The translations under genes and the position numbers were made by a program. Below the pieces are notes generated by a model that made no database searches, had not been told where the DNA came from, and saw only the letters and a program-made list of their open reading frames with translations. A DNA stretch of 64,000 nt from a virus. Its lineage: Duplodnaviria > Caudoviricetes. Each line of letters begins with the position of its first letter. Position 1 is the stretch's first letter. The stretch lies in IMG/VR virus record IMGVR_UViG_3300001525_000584, positions 128,001-192,000 of that record; one strand, given 5' to 3'. This document shows, piece by piece, positions 1-9,716 of the stretch.

Positions 1-2
1 CA

Positions 3-761
3 CGTTCTAGTACCCTCTTTATGCAACAACTGGGTCGAATCGTGGTAACAACTAAAAATGAAGACCCTAATGGCATAGTCTTTGACTTTACTAATAATGC
101 TGAAACTCTTATTCATTCTAAAGATGTAAATGTTTCAGAGAGAAAAACAGTTAGAGTACTTAAAGAGCTTATGGCTGAGCTTAAAAGAATGAAGGAGGAA
201 CGAGACGGCAAAGAGATTATTTACAGAGACTATACAGAGGACTGTGTTGCTGTTTTGTCTGCTATAGATGCTTCTCAAAATGTAGAAACCTTTTCTCGAG
301 TCTTTTCTAATGCCTTAACAGCGCAAACTGAATCAGGAGATTTGTCAGAGATTTTTGATATAACTCTTTACAGCGAAGTTTCTAAGAAAAAACAAAAAAC
401 AAAAGTTTCTAAAGGAAAAGAAAAGGATTCTATTATCTCTGAAACAACAAAAGAAACAAATTCCGAGAATAGAGAAAAGGCAAATTCTGAAAATGCTTCT
501 GAAGAACAGCCAACTGCTTCTGCAGATATTAGAGTTAATGCCGCTAGAGCTCTTAAAGAAACAGTGAAGTGGGCCTATATGTGTAAAGCCATCTCTTTTG
601 AAGATAATGCAAAACATGATCTTATTCTTAATAAGGAAAATGTGTTTAATTCTATTTGTAGGAAAAATGGTTTCTCAGACCCCGAAGCTGTAAAAAGAGC
701 TATTCAAAGAAGTGCTATATCCTGTGTTATTCTAATTCTGAATGCTGAGATGGAAAAATAA
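3..761 (+). CDS. C-terminal part of an SF2 (restriction-type) helicase, truncated by the window edge
   Basis: Frame is open from position 3: RSSTLFMQQLGRI resembles helicase motif VI (QxxGR), followed by VFDFTNN. Confidence 0.55.
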   Translation, partial: RSSTLFMQQLGRIVVTTKNEDPNGIVFDFTNNAETLIHSKDVNVSERKTVRVLKELMAELKRMKEERDGKEIIYRDYTEDCVAVLSAIDASQNVETFSRVFSNALTAQTESGDLSEIFDITLYSEVSKKKQKTKVSKGKEKDSIISETTKETNSENREKANSENASEEQPTASADIRVNAARALKETVKWAYMCKAISFEDNAKHDLILNKENVFNSICRKNGFSDPEAVKRAIQRSAISCVILILNAEMEK

Positions 762-848
762 AAAAACTTTTTTCTAAAACTCCCTGGCTTTTATCAAAAG
801 AAAAGCGTATAATATATACAGAAAGAAAAAAGAGTGAGGTTAATAAAA

Positions 849-2615
849 ATGCTTTATCAGGATACAGTATTTACAAAGCTTAGAACTGAAGATGGTGTTT
901 GGACAAATAAAGCTCTTCAGTCTCTTTATAAGTTTATGCTTCTGGAAAATCCACATGTTACTAAAAGAGCTGTCGGAGGAGGGTTTCCAGAAGCTATCGT
1001 AAAAAATGATATTATCCCAAAGCTGGATACATCTAAAAAAGAAACAGCCAGAATTTTAATTTTTAATGATCTGCAACTTATTCTTTATAATGAATTGTTG
1101 AATGCAGGGTATAATCAAAATAACATCTATCTCTGTTATAATGACTGGCTTAGAAAAGAAACAAATATTGTATATACTGATATAATGAATGTCTACATCG
1201 AAAGCAACTTTAGAGATTATGAAACCATTCTTCACAATTATGTTTCTTTAGAGGAGGCCATTAATTTGTCACAGCAAACAAAGTTTGATTATATCATTGC
1301 AAATCCTCCTTTTCAAAAAGGAAACGACATAACTAGATTTGTTATGGAGAATGTTGCTTTTGATTCTTATATTAATCTGATGCCTGCTTCTAAATATAAA
1401 AAACAAAATCTCTTTGAAAAAGTTGTTTCTGTTAATAGTGCTCAGGACTGTTTTGAAGATGCTTTGGTTGGAGAATCCCTTATTCTTTGTGTTTTGAAAA
1501 ATCAGGCTTCTACTTTTACTTCTTATGAGACTTTTGAAGTTGAGAAGATGGATCCCAGATTTAGAAATTATTATTTGAAGAATCTGAGCTATCCCTGTAA
1601 GTATCCTTATACACCTCTTAAGCAGTTTTCTGGAGATGAAGCTGAGGCAAGGGCAACTGCTGAGAATTATCTTAGAGACATTTTTAACAGTGGTTACTCA
1701 TTCTATGTTCCTATGCGCACCGTTCTGGACGGTGCGCATAGGACCGCAAATTGTTTTGATTATCAATGGAACGTTTCCAGAACCTTTGATTTTTCCGCTC
1801 CGGTATCTTATATTGAATCTTTGCATTGTTCGCAGATTGCTGCTGGCTTCATCACAGGACTAACTGAGATTTGCCAAAAACATCTTTGTGACTTTTGGTA
1901 TAAGAATCCTCTGTGGAGTGAATTGCTTTGGGGTCTGCACAAGACCGGCGGTACCGCATCAACAGCTATACCTAATATCGATTTTTCAAAAAATAGAGAT
2001 TATGAACATTGCACTGTTAATGATCTTATGAGATGGCTGGATGAAGATAATGATAAACATTTTTCTTCTTATGAGGAATTTTCTAATGAGTTTAGAGATC
2101 CTAGATTTGTTGACTTTTATGCTTTGAATGCTTCTTGCGAAAATCGGTATCCTTACGCTTGTGCGGCTAATTTCTTTAAGGGCTGTGATGAGGCTGCATA
2201 TCAAATGGCTTTGCGCAAGATGCAGGAGTATCAGCGCAACATCGCCACGTCTTTTTGTATCACTTGGCGCACCGTTCTGGACGGTGCGCATCGAACAGCC
2301 AATTGTTATGACTATAAATGGAACGTGCTGGAAACAGCTTCCCTAGAATCTCCTATTCACGTTGTAGAGTCACAGGATAAGACTTGCATCACGGTAGATT
2401 TTATTACCGGTTTGACACCTCTTATTAAAAAGAATCTTTGCAGGTTCTGGTATAATAATCCTTTGTGCTGTGAACTCATCTGGGGGTTAAATAAATCTTC
2501 TGGAACAGCTTCTCCAGCAATTCCAAATGTAGACTTTTCAAAAGATAGAGACTGGGAACACTGTACTTTAGAAGATCTTATGAATTGGTTAAGAGAAGAT
2601 AATGAGCTTGCATAA
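849..2615 (+). CDS. N6-adenine DNA methyltransferase-like protein with two tandem C-terminal target-recognition-like repeats
   Basis: FDYIIANPPF (motif IV); two ~170-aa repeats sharing DPRF, RTVLDGAHRTANC and AIPNxDFSKxRD; ATG 849 follows GAGGT; no canonical FxGxG motif I seen. Confidence 0.6.
   Translation: MLYQDTVFTKLRTEDGVWTNKALQSLYKFMLLENPHVTKRAVGGGFPEAIVKNDIIPKLDTSKKETARILIFNDLQLILYNELLNAGYNQNNIYLCYNDWLRKETNIVYTDIMNVYIESNFRDYETILHNYVSLEEAINLSQQTKFDYIIANPPFQKGNDITRFVMENVAFDSYINLMPASKYKKQNLFEKVVSVNSAQDCFEDALVGESLILCVLKNQASTFTSYETFEVEKMDPRFRNYYLKNLSYPCKYPYTPLKQFSGDEAEARATAENYLRDIFNSGYSFYVPMRTVLDGAHRTANCFDYQWNVSRTFDFSAPVSYIESLHCSQIAAGFITGLTEICQKHLCDFWYKNPLWSELLWGLHKTGGTASTAIPNIDFSKNRDYEHCTVNDLMRWLDEDNDKHFSSYEEFSNEFRDPRFVDFYALNASCENRYPYACAANFFKGCDEAAYQMALRKMQEYQRNIATSFCITWRTVLDGAHRTANCYDYKWNVLETASLESPIHVVESQDKTCITVDFITGLTPLIKKNLCRFWYNNPLCCELIWGLNKSSGTASPAIPNVDFSKDRDWEHCTLEDLMNWLREDNELA
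1709..1743. repeat. Perfect 15-bp inverted repeat with 5-nt spacer; its 25-nt core recurs at 2267-2291
   Basis: tcctatgcgcaccgt-tctgg-acggtgcgcatagga. Confidence 0.9.
2267..2291. repeat. Second identical copy of the palindromic 25-mer
   Basis: gcgcaccgttctggacggtgcgcat, identical to 1715-1739. Confidence 0.9.
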
Positions 2616-2633
2616 AAGCTCATTATCTTTTTT
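2597..2633 (+). terminator. Intrinsic terminator
   Basis: agataatgagctt-gcataa-aagctcattatct followed by a T run. Confidence 0.8.
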
Positions 2634-2656
2634 ATAATAAAAATAAAGGAGGACTT

Positions 2657-3382
2657 ATGTATTTACTTAAAATTTTTGATGAAGTTGATTATGCTAAGGA
2701 TTTTGTAAACGGTCATATAAGGGTGATGCCTGTATCTACTTATAAAAAAGATACTGTAGATAAAGCCCGTAGAGACGTCAAAGAGAGCACTATAACACCT
2801 GCCGTTATAAAACCCGATTTAAATGTGCCTATACAGCCTCTCGATTATCCTGGGGCCGCCATGTGTTTGGGGATTAAAGCTCTGCAAGAAGATTTGGAGG
2901 CATCTGGTAATAAATTATCTGCGGATGATCTATTGATCGCCGCGCTACCTTTAGATCCATATGTTCTATGTATGTCCTCCATAGGGCAGGAGCAAAATGA
3001 AGCGGCAGCTTTTCAGGCCAATTTAACCGATATATTTTCTAATGAACAAAAAGGTTCTTTCGGTGTATTAGTGCATGAAGAAGACCTGGTGAATCACATT
3101 AGATGCGCACAGAAGAATCATCCGGTACTTCGAGATATGCTTAGCGGGTCGATTTCTTATATAGAAGAAGATATGCAACCTAATAATGTATTTGAGAAGC
3201 CTCAGAGTTTTGCATATGAACATGAATATAGATTCGTGTTTCCACACATCATTAAAGGCTCTGAAGAGAAACCTGATTATTTTATTGATATAGAGCCTCT
3301 GCCTGGCATAGTCTTTTCTATAGTAAATAATGATTTGCATATAATACATAATACTTTTGAGAGGAAACCCAAAAAATGCTAA
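2657..3382 (+). CDS. Hypothetical protein, DUF2971-like
   Basis: Strong SD; C-terminal FEKPQSFAYEHEYRF motif. Confidence 0.4.
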   Translation: MYLLKIFDEVDYAKDFVNGHIRVMPVSTYKKDTVDKARRDVKESTITPAVIKPDLNVPIQPLDYPGAAMCLGIKALQEDLEASGNKLSADDLLIAALPLDPYVLCMSSIGQEQNEAAAFQANLTDIFSNEQKGSFGVLVHEEDLVNHIRCAQKNHPVLRDMLSGSISYIEEDMQPNNVFEKPQSFAYEHEYRFVFPHIIKGSEEKPDYFIDIEPLPGIVFSIVNNDLHIIHNTFERKPKKC

Positions 3383-3512
3383 TACCAACCCTAATAGCTT
3401 TTTCTATATTCACCTGCTTTAATATTTTTCTTTTTCTCTTAACAACGGGCAAAATCTAATTCTCTAAAAATGTATTTTTTTATAGTAAAGGAAAAGAAGG
3501 AGAATAATTTTT

Positions 3513-3866
3513 ATGGAAGCAATTCAGCAAGAAATTATTTGGCATATTTGTGAACATGATGGACTACCGTCTATTGATAAAAAAGTTCTTGTTTGTTGTG
3601 TGAATGAAAAGGGCAAGCCTTTTGTTCGCGTCGGAAGAAGAAATAAGTATGGATGGCAAATCGCAGGAACTATAGAAGGAGTGTATGCATGGGCAGATTT
3701 ACCTTCTCCTCCACCAACTTCGTATGAAGCTGCCACGTGTCGTAAATGTCGATATAGAAAATATAATAGAGATGCCTATGAATATTTCTGCGGTATCACT
3801 TCTGAAAATATTAAGGACTGGCAAGAAGCTTTTGTCTGTGAACATTTTAAAGATGTACGAGGATAA
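3513..3866 (+). CDS. DUF551-like phage protein with C-terminal Cys cluster
   Basis: W..LP..VL ... AWADLPSPP, then CRKC...C...CEHF. Confidence 0.55.
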   Translation: MEAIQQEIIWHICEHDGLPSIDKKVLVCCVNEKGKPFVRVGRRNKYGWQIAGTIEGVYAWADLPSPPPTSYEAATCRKCRYRKYNRDAYEYFCGITSENIKDWQEAFVCEHFKDVRG

Positions 3867-3885
3867 TATATAGGAGGATATAATA

Positions 3886-4341
3886 ATGAGACTTTGGCAT
3901 TATAAACTTTTTCCCTATTTACCTGATTTACAGTTCAAAGGTCAGCTAAGAGAAGTATATGCTATTATGCATAACTGGAGGGATATGGGAACAACAAATT
4001 CTCTTATTATTAATCCTATTATGCGTTTTGATAAATCTGAATTAACCTCTTATTTTCTTCTCTATAAAAAAGAGTATGAGAAAAGATATAATAAGAAAAT
4101 TAAAACTTCTATTAAAAATGAATTTTTAGATTTTCCAGAAAATAAACCCGGAACTGATTATTATACTATAACAAAAGAACCCTTTACTGGTGTTCATAAT
4201 AAAGACTATTTAAGAGTCTGCATGGCTAATCTATATGAGAAACATTTTTGTGCAGAAGGAAAAACAGTTATCTCTGATGAAGACTGGAAAAGATTAACAG
4301 ATGGATATAAAGATATAACAGGAGAAGAATATAGATTATGA
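3886..4341 (+). CDS. Pyrimidine-dimer DNA glycosylase / endonuclease V-like protein
   Basis: N-terminal MRLWHYKLFPYLPDLQFKGQLRE signature. Confidence 0.7.
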   Translation: MRLWHYKLFPYLPDLQFKGQLREVYAIMHNWRDMGTTNSLIINPIMRFDKSELTSYFLLYKKEYEKRYNKKIKTSIKNEFLDFPENKPGTDYYTITKEPFTGVHNKDYLRVCMANLYEKHFCAEGKTVISDEDWKRLTDGYKDITGEEYRL

Positions 4342-4895
4342 AACAAAGAGATGCGCATGATATTATTCGGGACTGGCAAACCTTATACTGTGCAGGGAGT
4401 AAAATGCCAAAAGAGTTTAGGGAACAGGCTAGTATGGGCTTTTTTAATGTATATTTAAGTAACTTACCTGAAGCACGGAGACTTAGATATACAGAGAAGT
4501 CTATTTATAGAGTGATTATTCCCGATGAAGGACCTCTTTTATATTTTGATGATTTGTATTATTCTTTTTCCGCCGATGTGTCAGGAGTCACACATTTCGC
4601 TACAAAGGATAAGAATACTCGTGAAGATATTTTCTTAATAGTTGCAAGGCCTAAAGAAGCTCTTGATTTTAATAAAATATGTGCTGATCTTTTTTGGGAC
4701 GCACCTACAAAGTTTTCCTGCGAAAATGAAGTGGTGTCTAAACTAAGCCCTGATAATATAATGGCTATTTGGTATCTGAAACATGCCGAAGATATTCAGG
4801 ACTATGCACAAAAGGGTACTTCTATAGATCCTGCAGACGCTGGCCTCGATATAAAGGCACTTGTGAATAAATATAAGTTACCTATAGAACTTTAA
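4338..4895 (+). CDS. Putative ADP-ribosyltransferase-fold protein (R-S-E type)
   Basis: IYR, YYSFS and ENEVV motifs in canonical order. Confidence 0.45.
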   Translation: MKQRDAHDIIRDWQTLYCAGSKMPKEFREQASMGFFNVYLSNLPEARRLRYTEKSIYRVIIPDEGPLLYFDDLYYSFSADVSGVTHFATKDKNTREDIFLIVARPKEALDFNKICADLFWDAPTKFSCENEVVSKLSPDNIMAIWYLKHAEDIQDYAQKGTSIDPADAGLDIKALVNKYKLPIEL

Positions 4896-4906
4896 GGAGA
4901 TAATCT

Positions 4907-5368
4907 ATGAAAACAGTTATTGATGCAGATTCTTCTAAAGGTAGAAAAATAAAAAATTTACCTAAAGTCTGTTTACTTTATCACTGTGTTGGATATGGTT
5001 GTTATGAGTTTCCTTTTGCAGGGACATGTGATGAAAAAGGTGTTCCTTTAGTTTGGGATTATCAGGACTATAATGGAGCTGCAAATGTATATGAATTAAA
5101 ACCTATAACTGAAACAACTATATATGCCACAGCTATTTATTCTTATAGTGAATCTCAAATAAAGAAAATAGCAAAACTGTTAAATGATTATTCTAATAGT
5201 CTTGCTACTGCAGAAAAAGAAAATATTTGTTTAAGTTGTGGAGAATGTATCTTTTATAATGAACGACCTCTAAATGAAACTTATGATGGCGTATGTACTT
5301 TTACTTATCCACATCATGCAGTTGATTCATATGAGTACTGTTCTCGTGGTGTGAAGAAGCCTAGATAA
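4907..5368 (+). CDS. Hypothetical protein with C-terminal Cys cluster
   Basis: ORF with SD; CGEC...C...CSRG. Confidence 0.6.
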   Translation: MKTVIDADSSKGRKIKNLPKVCLLYHCVGYGCYEFPFAGTCDEKGVPLVWDYQDYNGAANVYELKPITETTIYATAIYSYSESQIKKIAKLLNDYSNSLATAEKENICLSCGECIFYNERPLNETYDGVCTFTYPHHAVDSYEYCSRGVKKPR

Positions 5369-5382
5369 GGAGCTTTTTATAT

Positions 5383-6064
5383 ATGTTTGATTTTCATAGT
5401 GCACCTATTTGGATCGATGTAGATTATAATCGCATTTGTGATGATCCCGATGATACATATGGGAGAAGTTCTTATTTAGAAGATATCCACGTGGACTTAA
5501 GTGATACTTTGGTAGAGTTTTTGATAAATGCACTCTTTGATGCTTTAGAAAAGAATGAAAATGTTTCTATTATAGATAAGTACTGTTTTAATAGAATTTG
5601 CAGACATTATAAGATCTATGATTCTGATGTCTATTCTGTTTCTACACGCTCTGGTTATTATGGAGAAGAGATCGATGAAGTTACTTTTGATAATGAATGT
5701 CTTGTGAAAAAGTCTTATGAGGAGTGTAAAGCTTTATCTTCGGATGCAAAAAAGATATTATATGTTTTGAGACTTGAATATGGTTATTTGCTCGAAGAGT
5801 TAAAAGATATCACAAATGCATCTATTATAAAAACTCCTCTGTCGAGTATTCAAATTCCTAATAAAGAAGCTTTTACTAATGCAGAATCTTATATAGCAAA
5901 CTCTTACGAAGATTATGATTTGCCCTGGGGTATAATTATGAGAAAAGAAAATGGCCCCCGGCTATAGACTTATTGATGGGATACATAGACGCTGTTATTT
6001 AGATCAGGGTGAAGATCCTGATGCTGTGGATCCTATAAAGTTTTCTTATATTTGTTTAGAGTGA
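5383..6064 (+). pseudogene. ParB/Srx-like domain protein with a frameshift at a C5 run (5955-5959)
   Basis: ORF stops at 5967; removing one C gives GPGYRLIDGIHRR, a ParB-like motif, and reads on to TGA 6064. Confidence 0.6.
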
Positions 6065-6082
6065 AAAAAGGAGTTTCCATTC

Positions 6083-6358
6083 ATGATTAAAATCTCTCGA
6101 AGAAAACTTAAGAAGGTATATCCTAATCATAAAAATGCCTTGGGATTATCTTATTATATAGAAGAAAAATCAAATAATTATTTTTTAGTTGAAAAGTCAA
6201 ATTTCTTTGGAAAAGTTATCACTATTCTATTAGCACCTTATTATGTTATTAGAGATGGAGCTTCTGAATATAGAGATACAGTTAAATTTGTTTTTAATTT
6301 TCTCAGCGAAAATTATATCCCTGAAGAGTCTTATGAAAAGTTGCTTAAAGGAGAATGA
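6083..6358 (+). CDS. Hypothetical protein
   Basis: ORF with SD, coupled to the next gene. Confidence 0.65.
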   Translation: MIKISRRKLKKVYPNHKNALGLSYYIEEKSNNYFLVEKSNFFGKVITILLAPYYVIRDGASEYRDTVKFVFNFLSENYIPEESYEKLLKGE

Positions 6359-6921
6359 AAATGGATAAGTATGTTCATGCCATTATAGATCCAGGTACCG
6401 GCCAGGTTTATTATGTAGATAAGCCAAATGTAACATTAACTGTTTTAAATGATTCTCAGTTAAAAGAGATAAAGTCCCAAACTAATAAAAAAGAATTTTT
6501 TGAAAGACAACCCGAATATGACCTTTATTATTATATAGAAAATACTTCTGTAGTAACCAGTACTAGAGATAATGCTTCTATAGATGGGTCGAGATATAAT
6601 GTTGCAAATTATTTTGGAGATATGACTTTAGCTGAGCAGGTTAATTTACAACAACTCTTTTTTAGAGGCCTTCTGAGATATGCTTATCTAAATGATTTAG
6701 TGGATGATCATATTTGGGATGGATATGCTTCTCATTATTTTATCAGCTGTGAAAATTTAAATAAAGAAGATCCCCTAAGTTGTTTCACTGTAGGCAGAAC
6801 CTGTCATCATAAATTGCCTGGGGTTGTTTATTTTAAATCGGAAAAGGATGCTTCTAAAGCTGTAGATCATTTTGCAGAGCCTTTTCTAAAAATGCATCCT
6901 GATTTTAAGGAGTGCTTTTAA
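6355..6921 (+). CDS. Paralog family member 1 (QLLYRKLLKFAYDN family)
   Basis: NYF..LQQLFFRGLLRYAY..VYF..PF..HPDF. Confidence 0.75.
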   Translation: MKMDKYVHAIIDPGTGQVYYVDKPNVTLTVLNDSQLKEIKSQTNKKEFFERQPEYDLYYYIENTSVVTSTRDNASIDGSRYNVANYFGDMTLAEQVNLQQLFFRGLLRYAYLNDLVDDHIWDGYASHYFISCENLNKEDPLSCFTVGRTCHHKLPGVVYFKSEKDASKAVDHFAEPFLKMHPDFKECF

Positions 6922-7254
6922 ATGTATGTGTGGCTTGCTCTTATCTCTTTTATAGGCGTGGCTATTTTGATTCTATGCGCATTTATTATATCTTTGTGTA
7001 TAGATGACACGGGTAAAAACAAATCGCATTATAAAGCGAATAAGCGCGCTTATAAAAGAAAAGAAGAATATGCAAATTTATATGGTTTGAAAAAATGTCC
7101 TCTTTGCCTCGACAGCGCTTTTCTATATAAGCACGATGGACTTTATACGCCCTGTTGTATAGATCCACGTTGTCCTTTACATTTTACAACTATATCTTTT
7201 GCAACAGAAGAAGATGCCAGAATGCTTTGGAACTCTTTACATAGATCTGAATGA
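6922..7254 (+). CDS. Membrane-anchored Lar-like Zn-ribbon protein
   Basis: N-terminal hydrophobic helix; LKKCPLC...CxxxxC...EEDARMLWN. Confidence 0.5.
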   Translation: MYVWLALISFIGVAILILCAFIISLCIDDTGKNKSHYKANKRAYKRKEEYANLYGLKKCPLCLDSAFLYKHDGLYTPCCIDPRCPLHFTTISFATEEDARMLWNSLHRSE

Positions 7255-7364
7255 AAAGGGACTTCTATAAGACTCCAAAATGTATAATATAATAGAGTAA
7301 GAAAAAAGATCTGAGATGATATATACTCTGGTCTTTATTTTTTAGAAAAGAAGGAAGAGAAAAT

Positions 7365-7862
7365 ATGGTTTTATCAGAAGAGATCAAACAGGCTATTATA
7401 GATGAGTATAATGCTTTTTCAAAATATCAGTATGCAGGAAAAACTTTAGCAGAGAGAAAAGAAAAAGATCAGTTTTATACTCCAGCTGCTATTACGATTA
7501 AAATGATTGAAAAATTTGATTGCGAAGATTTATCTGAAAAGAAGATATTAGATCCTACATGTGGATCAGGAAACCTCTTAGCAGCTTGCATTATAGCCGG
7601 AGCAAAGCCTGAAAATGTTTATGGTAATGAATATGATGCTCTTATGGTAAATGCCTGTAAAAATAGATTAAATTCTTTATGTGATCAGTTACAGTTAAAT
7701 AGAGTTCCTGAAAAGAATATTCACCAGGGCAATGCTTTACAAAAATTATGTATCTCTGATTTTTCAGATAATTATTTAAAGCAGTATAGAGCTGATAAAA
7801 TAGATGATTTAAAATATGCTCAGCATTCTTTAATAGTAGAAGAATTAGAGGAGCTTTGGTGA
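7365..7862 (+). CDS. Truncated N-6 DNA methylase-like protein (SAM-binding half only)
   Basis: QFYTP, ILDPTCGSGNLL, YGNEYD, IHQGNAL; no NPPY/DPPY motif. Confidence 0.7.
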   Translation: MVLSEEIKQAIIDEYNAFSKYQYAGKTLAERKEKDQFYTPAAITIKMIEKFDCEDLSEKKILDPTCGSGNLLAACIIAGAKPENVYGNEYDALMVNACKNRLNSLCDQLQLNRVPEKNIHQGNALQKLCISDFSDNYLKQYRADKIDDLKYAQHSLIVEELEELW

Positions 7863-7868
7863 ATAAAT

Positions 7869-8495
7869 ATGTTTCTAACAGAAAAAGATGATTTAAGTAA
7901 AACTTTTCAAAATGATTATTTAGTAACAGACGTGGAGCAAAAAGAATTAACTTTAAAAGAGTTAAGTTTTGTAGATGCTATTTTCGATATTTTTGAAAAT
8001 ATTATAGAAGAGAATGATATAGATGAATCCTTTACTTCTTCTAATAGTGTTGCTACGCATTTTCATAAACATTGCTTAGCAGGCAGAAAAAGAAAATCTA
8101 AAGAATCTTTTATCTATTATGATTATAATCATTTGAAACATTATATGAATAGAGAAGCTTATTTAGATACTTTAATAGGACAAACTCCTTATAAGCTTCT
8201 GGATCTTTATGATGTTAATAAAACCACGAAGCTTCTTAGAAAAGTATTTGAAGGAAACAAATGCATCTCTATAGAGCCTAGTTGCGGATTATATAATAAT
8301 TTAGGTACAGTTTCTCTCGCTATTCACTCCTGGGCAAATGATGCAACAACTAATTATTTTCATAACACTATAGATTTTATTGTACGATCTGTAAATGGAC
8401 AAACTATAACTTTATATCCTATAGATGCTCGCCTATTATTAGATAAGTTGAATAGTGAATTTAAGAGATGTGGCTTTGCTCCTATTAAATTGTAA
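7869..8495 (+). CDS. HFxxHC-family protein, paralog of 15548-16195; possible RNase-type effector
   Basis: Acidic leader; ESF..HFHKHC..HSWANDATTNY. Confidence 0.6.
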   Translation: MFLTEKDDLSKTFQNDYLVTDVEQKELTLKELSFVDAIFDIFENIIEENDIDESFTSSNSVATHFHKHCLAGRKRKSKESFIYYDYNHLKHYMNREAYLDTLIGQTPYKLLDLYDVNKTTKLLRKVFEGNKCISIEPSCGLYNNLGTVSLAIHSWANDATTNYFHNTIDFIVRSVNGQTITLYPIDARLLLDKLNSEFKRCGFAPIKL

Positions 8496-8510
8496 AGAAG
8501 GAAAATAATA

Positions 8511-8894
8511 ATGCGTGAGATTTTTTCAAATGATATTTTTTCAGTTATTAAATTAGAAAATGCTGATGAGGCTATTCATTATGGTAAAGGTACTCCCTGG
8601 TGTATAAGTGGAGGAGTAAATATTAATGAAGCTTCTTTAGGAAAAGCCAGGCATTATTTTGATACATATCTAAAGTATGATTATTCAGCCTTTTATTTTG
8701 TCTGGGATAAGGTAAACTATAAGAGGTATATTATATGCACTAAAAAGAATGATCCTAAAAAGATTAAACATATCTGGGATGAAACAAATGAATTAATAGA
8801 GCATATACCTATGTTACCTTCTATACCAGAGATCGGATATTTTGAAGATTTTGAAACAACTCCGATTAATATCATGTTTGCAAATAGAGAATAA
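8511..8894 (+). CDS. Hypothetical protein with GTxWCI motif
   Basis: HYGKGTPWCIS, a motif recalled from large-phage proteins. Confidence 0.6.
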   Translation: MREIFSNDIFSVIKLENADEAIHYGKGTPWCISGGVNINEASLGKARHYFDTYLKYDYSAFYFVWDKVNYKRYIICTKKNDPKKIKHIWDETNELIEHIPMLPSIPEIGYFEDFETTPINIMFANRE

Positions 8895-8907
8895 GAGGAT
8901 TATAATA

Positions 8908-9393
8908 ATGAGTATAGATTTTGAAGAACGGTTAGCACAACTGGATGCTTTAATTGCAGAAACTGAAAAAGAAACTAAAGAGAAACTTGCTTCTTTAAAA
9001 GAGGAACGCATGTCGCTTAGAAAACAAAAACTCGCTGACAGTTATCAAAAATGGAAAATAGAAGAAGGTAATCATTATTTACTTTTTCTTGATAATACAT
9101 GCCCCGGACTTCTCTCAGGCTTTTATATATTAAAGAATGATAAGCAGGCAGATGAAATTGAATTAGTTACCTGGACATACTATTATTATAGTGAAACAGG
9201 ATATGCTTTTGAGATGAATCCTAGTTATTATTCTTCTAAAGATTTTGCTTATATGCTGGGAAAAGGAAACCTTTATTTAGTTTCTAAAGACATTTATGAT
9301 AATGTTGTTACGCAGTTAATGGAGCTTCCCGACTATGAAAAAATAGATTCTATAGAAGAGTTTATTATGGCCACTTCTCAAAAACTGAATTGA
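8908..9393 (+). CDS. Hypothetical protein with N-terminal coiled coil
   Basis: ATG after GAGGA. Confidence 0.65.
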   Translation: MSIDFEERLAQLDALIAETEKETKEKLASLKEERMSLRKQKLADSYQKWKIEEGNHYLLFLDNTCPGLLSGFYILKNDKQADEIELVTWTYYYYSETGYAFEMNPSYYSSKDFAYMLGKGNLYLVSKDIYDNVVTQLMELPDYEKIDSIEEFIMATSQKLN

Positions 9394-9420
9394 ATTATAT
9401 TATAGAGATGAGGTGATATA

Positions 9421-9711
9421 ATGAAGGGTTATATTAATAGAGATGAAGCCATAGAGTTAATTAGAAAAGATAATCCTGGCTGTGTTTTTTATAATAGAAG
9501 TGATGCTATCGATCTTTTAAACTGTATGCCCACAGTTGATGTTATGCCTGTACATAGATGTAAAGACTGTGAGTTTTGGGAAATTGCAAAATATGAAGAA
9601 GGTACTAAAGATGTATGTCGACTGCTAAAACATCAAATGCACGCGGATGACTTTTGTAGTTATTATCTGTCTAGAGAAGATGCTTCTATTGGTTTCCTGC
9701 CTTTTGAATAA
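9421..9711 (+). CDS. Small Cys-rich phage protein
   Basis: YINR..PTVDV..RCKDC..C..DDFCSY. Confidence 0.7.
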   Translation: MKGYINRDEAIELIRKDNPGCVFYNRSDAIDLLNCMPTVDVMPVHRCKDCEFWEIAKYEEGTKDVCRLLKHQMHADDFCSYYLSREDASIGFLPFE

Positions 9712-9716
9712 TAAAA

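Noticed and set aside
1545-2605. Diversity-generating retroelement (TR/VR pair with hairpin) in the duplicated domain
   Set aside because: The copies differ at all bases and by indels, not only at adenines, and no reverse transcriptase is in the window
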